This document shows, one piece after another, positions 54,845-64,000 of a DNA stretch of 64,000 nucleotides (position 1 is its first letter; every line of letters begins with the position of its first letter). The notes beneath the pieces were generated by a model that had not been told where the DNA came from, did not search any database, and saw only the letters and a list, made by a program, of their open reading frames with translations. Source of the stretch: Octopus sinensis. Its lineage: Eukaryota. The DNA lies in NCBI RefSeq assembly GCF_006345805.1, contig NC_043019.1:24985360-25049359 (forward strand), given 5' to 3'. The translations under genes were made by a program, and so were the position numbers.

Positions 54845-54878
54845 TTTCGGATGAAGGATTTTAGTCCGAAACGTTAAA
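54845..54878 (+). ncRNA. Hammerhead-like motif with U4G core variant
   Basis: UUU CGGAUGA A GGAU-UUUA-GUCC GAAA CG U U AAA. Confidence 0.5.
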
Positions 54879-55011
54879 ACCATTTCTTTTTTCTATTCTG
54901 GTGTTAAACGAATACCAATGCCGTGGCATTTTCTTCCCTCAATGATATTATTTCCTTTACTTTCTTTATTTTTTAATGATATTTCAATATATAGATATAT
55001 AGGTTTCTCTC

Positions 55012-55300
55012 TTTACTCTTTTACTTGTTTCAGTCATTTGACTGCGGCCATGCTGGAGCACCGCCTTTTAATCGAGCAAATCGACCCGGGACTTATCTTT
55101 TGTAAGCCCAGTACTATTCTATCGGTTCTTTTTGCCGAACCGCTAAGTAAGTAACGGGGACATAAACACACCAGCATCGTTGTCAAGCAATGCTAGGGGG
55201 CAAAAACACAGCACACACAAACACACGCACGCAATATATATATGTACATATATACGACGGGCTTCTTTCAGTTTCCGTCTACCAATCCACTCACAAGGCT
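55012..55300 (-). mobile_element. 5'-truncated CORE-type SINE
   Basis: Reverse match to the 3' two-thirds of the 35576 copy. Confidence 0.8.
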
Positions 55301-55311
55301 TATCTTTTCTA

Positions 55312-55702
55312 CTAAAGCACAAGGCTGAAATTTGGTGGGTGGGGGAACTAGTCGATGACATTCACCTTTCGTTTCACCTGCACTTAATTATCGACCCCGA
55401 AAGAACGAAAGGCAAAGTCGACCTCGGCGGAATTTGAACTCAGAAACATAGCGGCAGACGAAATACCTATTTCTTTTATTACCCACTAGGGGCTAAACAT
55501 AGAGGGAGACAAACAAGGACAGCACGGTATTAAGTCGATGTACATCGACCCAGTGCGGAACTGGGCTTACTAATTATCGACCCCGAAAGGATATGAAAGG
55601 CAAAGTCAACCTCGCGGAATTTGAACTCACAACGTAACGACAGGACGAAATACGCTAAGCATTTCATCCGGCGCGCTAACGTTTCTGCCAGCTCGCCGCC
55701 TT
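55312..55702 (-). mobile_element. Dimeric Meta-like SINE
   Basis: Headed monomer joined through ..AAGAAATAG|GTATTTCGTC.. to a headless second monomer. Confidence 0.75.
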
Positions 55703-55707
55703 ATGTA

Positions 55708-56074
55708 TCTCTCTATATATAAACGGCAGTTTGTCTGTGTGTGGTTCTGTGTGTCTGTTAGGTTGTCCCTCACCCGGACCACGGCTTTAAACGATTCTGA
55801 TGAAACTTGACACACACATACCCAATGTCCATTCAAAACTAACGCAGAGAAAAATTTGAAAAGTTCCCCCAGTTCTGAAAAAAAAATCGATAAATTCGAC
55901 ATGGGTCGAGAATAGAATTAGAAACACAAACCACAGACTGTCTAGGGGACCAACTCGACCTTTTTAACTAAAAAAATTTACCATCATTGTTTTCCCATTT
56001 TTTGGCTATAACTCTCTAAAAATGCTTTATAGTTATTTCCCTTCAAACCCGAGCAACGCCGGCGATACTGCTAG
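55708..56074 (+). mobile_element. Complete 367-bp non-autonomous Helitron
   Basis: A|TCTCTCTATATATAAA 5' end, 3' hairpin CCCGAGCAACGCCGG and CTAG|T end, inserted between A and T, no TSD. Confidence 0.8.
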
Positions 56075-56106
56075 TTATTATATATACGTACGCACGCACA
56101 CGCACG

Positions 56107-56154
<48 letters not shown>

Positions 56155-56273
56155 CAACCACCCGTATACGTGTGTATATGTCAATGTATTTATCTATCAC
56201 TCTATCTCTTCCCCTTTCTCTTTATATTATATATAAATATATATATATACAATCATACACACACACATACACA

Positions 56274-56355
<82 letters not shown>

Positions 56356-56629
56356 GATGCGGGTGGCAATCCAAGGAAGAATTCCTTAGAATGAAATCAA
56401 GATGCTTGCTTACGCGTTGAATATAGAATGAAAATTTGATAAAATGTCAAAAACGACGACACAGAAATTCCGATGCATTGTGTGTGCGCACACACACACA
56501 TATACATACGTGTGTATTTGTGTGTGTGTATGTATATATGTATATATATATATATATTCCATAATATAGATATGATATATATATATACATATATTATATC
56601 CATATATATATATATATATATATATATAT

Positions 56630-56676
<47 letters not shown>

Positions 56677-56717
56677 CAATACATATTATATACATTATTT
56701 ATATACATATATATATA

Positions 56718-56751
<34 letters not shown>

Positions 56752-56784
56752 TATATATATATAGATATATATATATATATATAT

Positions 56785-56821
<37 letters not shown>

Positions 56822-57125
56822 TGCATGTATTGTTGACATATATCCGGGTAATGGTGCTCAACTAACATTTGTCAAATATGTCAGTGTGATTGCATCGGGG
56901 AAAATGCCAAACAGTGAAGGTTCCTCCAGGAACGGAGGAAAATATTCGATGATGCAGACGATACACACACACACACATACACGCACACAGACACACACAA
57001 ACGCACACACATACACATACTCAACCATACATACGTACACACACAGACAATCAACCATATTCACGCTCATTTATATATCTGCGTTTGTGTTTGTGTCTGT
57101 GTGTCTACTTCTGTGTGCATGTGTA

Positions 57126-57347
57126 TACGAGGGTTGTGGGCTGAAAAGTTCCTGGTTTCAGGTAAAAGAAAATACGGGTGGATCAATAAATTAATTTATT
57201 CAACACATTCCCCTCTCAGATTCATATCATTTATTGCAGCGGTCCTTCAGTTTTTCTAAGCCTTGTAAGGGAACTCGAAAGGTTGGGTCTCCAATCAAGC
57301 CTTTCGCGAGACCCTTAAAGCCAGCAACTTTTCAGCACCCACTTGTG
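57126..57347 (-). mobile_element. Mariner-derived MITE
   Basis: TACGAGGG..GCTGAAAAGTTCCTGG and CCAGCAACTTTTCAGCACCC TIRs. Reverse carries ..LRGECVE*. Confidence 0.75.
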
Positions 57348-57396
57348 TGTACGTGTGTTGAGATGCATGTTAAAGCCATGTGGTATTTATGTAGGG

Positions 57397-57611
57397 CAGA
57401 AACGTTAGCACGCCGGGCGAAATGCTTAGCAGTATTTCGTCTGCGTAACGTTGTGAGTTCAAATTCCGCGGAGGTCGACTTTGCCTTTCATCCTTTCGGG
57501 GTCGATAAATTAAGTAGCAGTTACGCACTGGGGTCGATGTAATCGACTTAATACCTATGTCTGTCCTTGTTTGTCCGCTCTGTGTTTAGCCCCTTGTGGG
57601 TAATAAAGAAA
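57397..57611 (+). mobile_element. Meta-like SINE monomer with the tail variant found in the dimer's left arm
   Basis: Ends TGTCCTTGTTTGTCC..TTTAGCCCCTTGTGGGTAATAAAGAAAT. Confidence 0.8.
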
Positions 57612-57742
57612 TGAGTATTTATGTAGGGCTGTGAACGTGTGGATGACTTCGGTGGATGGACAGATGAATGGTCAGATGGAAGGTTTGATGAAAGGACGAA
57701 CGGACAGGTGGAAGGAAAGATCGAAGCGAATAAACGTGTATG

Positions 57743-57775
<33 letters not shown>

Positions 57776-58281
57776 TGTGTGTGTGTGTGTGTGTTGTGTG
57801 TGTGTGCATGTATGTATTTGTGTGTGTATGTGAATGTGTGTGTGTGTGCACGTGCGTGCCTATATGTGTAGGCTTTGTGAACATGGGTAGATTATATATA
57901 CCCATGTTTACAAGCAGATAATCGAAGTTTTGATTACTACTCAACATAATCCCGCAGAGAGAGAGAGAAAGAGAAGAAAACTCCTTCTCTCTCCCTTTCC
58001 ATCTTCCTCTCTCCTTTCTCTCTCTCTCTCACTCACTCTCACCTGACATACTCTTCTATGATAACATAAGCACAACAGCTTACTTTTATCATACTTATCC
58101 ATGTTAATTCAAAGAGCATTCCTGCATGTGTGTGTGTGTGTGTGTATGAGTGTGTGTGTGTTTGTGGGTGTGTATGCTTGTGCACATGTATTTATGTGCG
58201 CATACAGATTCATTTCTCTATATGTGTATGTATATGTGTGTGTGTGTGTAATATATATATATATATATATACATGTGTGTG

Positions 58282-58320
<39 letters not shown>

Positions 58321-58505
58321 CTTGGGCACTAACTGTAATTTTAACTCCTGATGAAACGGCTTATTCTTCCCATTCAAATTAATTATGTATTCACTTATAT
58401 GTTACTTATGCAATGATCATATCGATGACGGTTCTTTGAATTTCAAATAGAGAGACACCTGTGAAACTTAATACGGAAATTTGAGTGAACATCATTCAGT
58501 TCTTG

Positions 58506-58549
<44 letters not shown>

Positions 58550-58972
58550 TAATATTATATTATATATAATATATTATATATATATTTAAAAAAAGATGTC
58601 GAACACGATGGTGAATTAAAAAGGAAATGCAAGAAAATGCTGACAAATAATTGAAGTAATTTTAAGTATTAATTAGGTGAAAGTTACTTTTTACGGTTGC
58701 GCATTTGTTATGCTTAATTAAATTACTTAAATTACTTCAATTATTGGTCAGAATTTTCTTCATTTCTTTTATATATATATATATATATAATATATATATA
58801 TATATATAAGATATTTATATATTAATATATTGCATATAAAATTATACATAAATACAACATACATTATGCATACATCATCATACATACATACATACATACA
58901 TACATACATACATACATGCAATGCATGCATGCATGCATGCATAATACATACATACATACATACATACATACA

Positions 58973-59009
<37 letters not shown>

Positions 59010-59077
59010 GAGAGGGAGAGGGGTGACTGCTTAATACCTCGTGCAGGGATATGGTTTTTATTGAAGCTGAAACTTAG

Positions 59078-59172
59078 AGTTTGTCTCACAACTCGAGTTT
59101 CACGCAACTGCGATCTTCGGGCGAAACGCCTGAAGATTGCAATCGCGTGAAACTCGAATTGTGCGACAAACT
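59078..59172. mobile_element. Head-to-head inverted pair of hammerhead-like motifs (family C)
   Basis: 46-bp arms 59078-59123 and 59127-59172, 6 mismatches, AAA loop. Confidence 0.7.
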
Positions 59173-60562
59173 ACTCAATATGTATTAGTGAGCAAATGCT
59201 CGATGTTTGTTATACAGTATATGGCCTTTCAGTAAGCAACATATGTGTATATGTATATGTGTGTATATGTATGTACGCTTATACAAAATATATCTCCTAC
59301 CTTTTTGTGACTATGCTAGTGCGTTGTTGAAATGTTATTCTACCTTATTATCGAGCACTACCATACGCATAAGTGTTTCTTTTTTTTTTATTTTATCTAT
59401 GTCCTGTGCAAATTAAATTCAATTTTTTTGTGATTAAAATCATATTTTAGAATTCATTTGTCCATTTTTTTCACTTAAAATATCAAATAGACAAAATTCC
59501 ATAAGTCTAAATCTAATATTGACACTTTTTGGAAATAATGGAAACAGTGGTTGAGATCAGGGAGGGATGAATTAGAATTCTGGGCGTCTGTAAGCGGATG
59601 AGGCCGTTAATTATTTATATTCAATTACTACGCTCGGTAATGGTTATTTTTGTACTGTATATTCTTTTATATTCAGCACTCTTGTTCTGTGTATCGGAGA
59701 AAATGAATAATGTCTGGCTCCGCTGTATGTAGAAAGAAAGAAATAAAGAAACAAACAAACAAACAAAGAAAAAGCATATATTGAGTATTTGTTTACTATC
59801 ATTTCTCATAACATGTGGAATGCCTTGTGTTCCGAAGCTTAAAGAACCAACACAGACCAAGAAAGTATTCCAATTTTTACTATATCTGAAATATCTGAGA
59901 CACTTGATAAATTCTATAATCAGGAATTGGTTTATGGCACTCTTCACTTTGTGTGGTTCCAATATTTTTCTTTGCTGTTCATAATTTGAAATATTGTGGC
60001 TGATTTTAGCGATTATTTTGTGTTTTTATTTTCTTTGGTTATTGAAATTACATTTAAACTACTTTTTCTTCGTTTACAATATTTCTGCTGAATTTACGAC
60101 TCATATGCAAAAGTTGAAACATCGTTCGACTTTTTGAAGATAAAAAACAGTTTATACAATTCCTACATGCCACATATATCTCCGTCAGATTGCATTGGTC
60201 AAACGACATTTTCCTAAAATACAGAGAGATGTCTTCACTCTTGCAAGTCTGTTAAAACGTCTGTTATTGGTTTGAAGCGATTTTGACAAATTTATGTGGT
60301 GCAAAAAGTTATTTACAAAGAACGGAGAAAAAAAAAGAAGAGGTATTTGACAATATTTTATACGACATCAGTATGTCGGGTCCTGTTTAATATTTTTCGA
60401 AATATAATCTTCTGAAATCATTAGTAAATATGGAAAAAGAAATATAGCTCCTCATATTTCCAATAATGTGACACGGAAAAATATTGGTACTACGAAAACT
60501 TGGTCGTTCCAAATACCATACCGACAGACGCAAGATTCTGTGGTTCTGGAACAAGACATAAT

Positions 60563-60944
60563 CTTTTCTACTCTAGGCACAAGGTCCGACATTTTGGGTA
60601 GGGGACCAGTCGATTAGATCGACCTCAGTACGCAACTGATACTTAATTTATCGACTCCGATAGGATGAAAAGCAAAGTCGACCTCGGCAGAATTTGAACT
60701 CAGAACGTAAAAACAAACGAAATACCTATTTCTTTACTACCCACAGAGAGGACAAACAAGGACAGACAAACGGATTAAGTCGATTATATCGACCCCAGTG
60801 CGTAACTGGTACTTATTTAATCAACCCCGAAAGGATGAAAGGCAAAGTCGACCTCGTCGGAATTTGAACTCAGAACGTAACAACAAACGAAATACCGCTA
60901 AACATTTCGCCCGGCGTGCTAACGTTTCTGCCAGCTCGCCGCCT
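60563..60944 (-). mobile_element. Dimeric Meta-like SINE with a 16-bp imperfect TSD
   Basis: TGGAACAAGACATAAT (60547-60562) and TGGAACAAAACTTAAT (60945-60960) flank both monomers. Confidence 0.8.
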
Positions 60945-62362
60945 TGGAACAAAACTTAATGAATAACGTATATTCTAAACAAAAGGTTAGTACTGAACGA
61001 TTTAACCTTCTATTGCTTTAGATAATTGGAATGTATGTGCAATTACAAATAATATGTTTATGTGTGTGGTGTGCATTTGAATTGAAAATAAATCTGTCTT
61101 ACATCTTTCCTTTTTCTTTTTATTCACTCGCATTGTCTTTTTCTCTCACTTTCTCCCTCTATTTTTGTCCCATTGCCTCACTCACTCACTCTCACAAGTG
61201 AAGGGAGAAGAAGAGTTTTAAAAAAAAGAAAGTGACAGAACCTCTTAATAGTGATTTCACATTTTGGCACAAGGTCTGCAGTTTTATAGGAAGGGTTAAG
61301 TTGATGACATCGACCCCAGTGCTCAACTCGTACTTATGCGTGTATTTATGTATAAAATGCAATCTATTGACTGCTCACACTGTCTTTTTCTCTCACTTTC
61401 TCCCTTCCCTTTCGTTTCTTTTTCGACCATCTAACATCATTCCTTAAAAAGATGTAAAGCAAACATAAATAAAGTAAGCTTTTTAAAGTGCATACTATTA
61501 AAAGCAGCTACATTTGGCTAGATATCACTGCCAACAACGTAACACGCTACATCAGAAAAATATACACCTATTCAAGATTTAACTCACTATGTACCAGCAA
61601 CTGATGAAATGAATCTATTTGTTCACTGAAGGTATTATGCCTTTCTTAACCAAGGATCTATATAGCAACCCTATACTACATGACGGCATCCGAAAAGACT
61701 ACATGAGACTGGTAGCCGATGAATTCAAAGGAATGTTCACTCAGGATATGTACTCCTTCAGATCCAGGGCCAAGGAAATCTTCGTCTTTTTTCTCTCTGT
61801 TTTATCTATAAACCAGGGATTAGAAGAATTAACCACTAGTGTAATGCAGAATACTACCTCTCCTAACGCACTCATAATGCAAAATTTCTATTTGTATCTC
61901 TTTGAGAAATTGCACCTATTGCAAGAGCCCATTGTGTCACTTAACAAGAAGCTGAACTTTCACGTTGTTACCACAAATGGAGCTCCCTGTAGGCCAATTT
62001 TAAACCCTTCGTTGTCAACACTTTTCTATAAAGTTTACTAAAAATTTTGGTTTCACTTTAATTTGTAACAAAAGCAAATAAGATTTCCCCCATATCAGAG
62101 TCGCCACCCATCCATTATTATTTTTCAACGGTCGTCGAATAACCACCTCCACGGAAACCAAACTGGCAGAAAGAACAGCCCTTACTCATCACTTAATAAC
62201 AATCAACCTTATATAGAAACATGTGTATGTATATATATATATATATATAATATATATATTGATTTTTTGATTTTTTGATTTTTTATTAAATTTTATGTAT
62301 TGATTAAGTCTTTCCTTGTTTGTTTTGCAAAATAGTGGTTTTGTCTCTAATTAATATTATAT

Positions 62363-62446
62363 AATATTTTACTATAAAATTGGATTTAATCCTAAATCTG
62401 ATTTTTTTCCCTGTAAATTTGGATTTATTCCCTAATATTTATTATT
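62363..62446 (-). repeat. Dispersed partial copy of the 255-bp tandem unit
   Basis: Reverse complement of AATAAATATTAGGGAAT..CCAAATTTACAGGG..GATTAAATCCAATTTTATAGTAAAATATT. Confidence 0.85.
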
Positions 62447-62589
62447 ATTATATATATATATTATATATATATATATATATAACATATATATATACATATA
62501 TACATATATATATATACATATATATATATACATATATATATACATATATATATATACATATAAATATACAGTTACGTCTGTGCACATAT

Positions 62590-62682
<93 letters not shown>

Positions 62683-63141
62683 AAGAAAGATAGAAAGAAA
62701 GCATACAGAAGAGAATGATAAAGAAAAAAATTGTTGCTTAGAAAATTTTAGCAAATTATTTTTTTTTAAGTTTGATTATGTGTGTTGTATATTTTTCTGT
62801 ATACGTAAAGTTTGTTGAAAAGGTTTTCATTGGTGTACAGAAGCGATAAGCTACCAGTTCGCACTCAAATATGGCTCGTTGCCTTTCTGCGCCTCATAAC
62901 ACCCATAGTAAACTGGCTGTGTTGACCGCTACTGGACGGTAGTTATAAATCAATACTGATTAGAGAATTTATGTTAAGGGGGCGGTTCTATGAGAATTAA
63001 TCCAACACCACCCAAATATTACATGAAAAATAGGATAAATGTGATTGTTTATTAAATAAGAGATAAGAAAAATTAAAAGTACAAAACCTATTAATAATAA
63101 TACTAATCTTAATACTAACAACAACGATAATAATGATAACT

Positions 63142-63187
<46 letters not shown>

Positions 63188-63188
63188 T

Positions 63189-63562
63189 AATATTCTGCTC
63201 AATACCACAGATTTGCTTGTCAGTTGTTTGACCTTAACCAGTTGAGCATGTCCCTTAGTGGCTGGCGATATGTGCGTCTCTGATCACGAGTAGAAGTAGT
63301 GGGGAGCATCATAGCCGTGTGTTGATAGGGATTCTTTGGGGTTTGAATAATTCACCTCTGGAAATATGGGTGTTTCATTCAACATCCTTAAATAACCCTT
63401 ATTCAGGGACCTTTTATCTTATGAGATCACCATGTCGCGCACATATGGTTGTGATGCATGTGCCTGGTGTACCCTTATCAGACGGGTAGTCATGATGGGT
63501 ATATTGGGCTTCGTATATTTTACCCCAGTGTCACTTTGATGGCATGCGCTGCTCTCTCACTC

Positions 63563-63563
<1 letters not shown>
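63189..63563. mobile_element. Second copy of the 14637 element with an internal deletion, between (AAT)n tracts
   Basis: Lacks the ~75-bp block between GGGACCTTT and TATCTT. Confidence 0.75.
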
Positions 63564-63594
<31 letters not shown>

Positions 63595-63599
63595 TGATG

Positions 63600-63810
63600 A
63601 TAATAGATCTGGCTATTAAATTACAGAGACTATGGAAAGAGCGGGCAAAATGTATCCCAGTAGTAATAGGTGCATTGGGAACTATCCCTAAAGAGTTGGA
63701 CAGATGGTTAGAGGGAAAAGGGCATAAAACTCAGTTTAGTACAACTCCAGAAAACAGTGTTTTGGGGGACAGCTAGGATACTTAGGACGGTTCTTGGCAT
63801 CTAAGGTTAC
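63600..63810 (+). mobile_element. R4/Dong-like LINE 3' end (RLE tail)
   Basis: DLAIKLQRLWKERAKCIPVVIGALGTIPKELDRWLE..VLGTARILRTVL. Starts at an (AAT)/(GAT) tract. Confidence 0.8.
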
Positions 63811-63940
63811 TTGCTGTAATCCAATTGGAGGGTTCTTGGCATCTAAGACTACTTTTTGTAGCCCGATGTTAGGATTCTTTTCTTTTCCAACAGTCTAATC
63901 TGTTGTTTGTATATGAAAATACTAATAATAATTACTAGCA

Positions 63941-64000
63941 ATGGTTAAACAGTTCAGTGATGACATCAGGATGGAATTTGGCCTCGGTAAATGTGCAAAA
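63941..64000 (+). mobile_element. R4/Dong-like RT fragment running off the window
   Basis: MVKQFSDDIRMEFGLGKCAK. Confidence 0.65.

Noticed and set aside
61619-62041. 140-aa complex ORF
   Set aside because: No recognisable domain or splice support. It lies beside dispersed-repeat sequence and is probably TE-derived, which needs a BLAST search to settle.

Overview
AT-rich, microsatellite-dense eukaryotic DNA with one 100-N scaffold gap (46446-46545). The SINE families resemble those I recall from Octopus/coleoid cephalopods (inference, no database search). I found no host protein-coding gene that I can support. Nearly all listed ORFs are microsatellite read-throughs or decayed transposon fragments, so the window is probably intergenic or intronic. 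It holds several tRNA-derived SINE families (young copies with TSDs, CORE-type, Meta-like, one dimeric subfamily), decayed non-LTR retrotransposons (Tx1/L1-like, R4/Dong-like, RTE, CR1-like), Penelope-like element (PLE) fragments, Helitron pieces and MITEs. The most notable signal is a set of about a dozen minimal type-I hammerhead ribozyme-like motifs (CUGANGA / stem II / GAAA / palindromic stem III) in short dispersed units next to microsatellites. At least two have a canonical core, stem II covaries across copies, and two occur as head-to-head inverted pairs. Other oddities are a 302-bp near-perfect palindrome fused to a circularly permuted 200-bp RTE unit, a two-piece templated insertion inside an RT relic, a ~500-bp duplicate 14.7 kb apart, and several tandem duplications. 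All family names come from motif resemblance read by eye.
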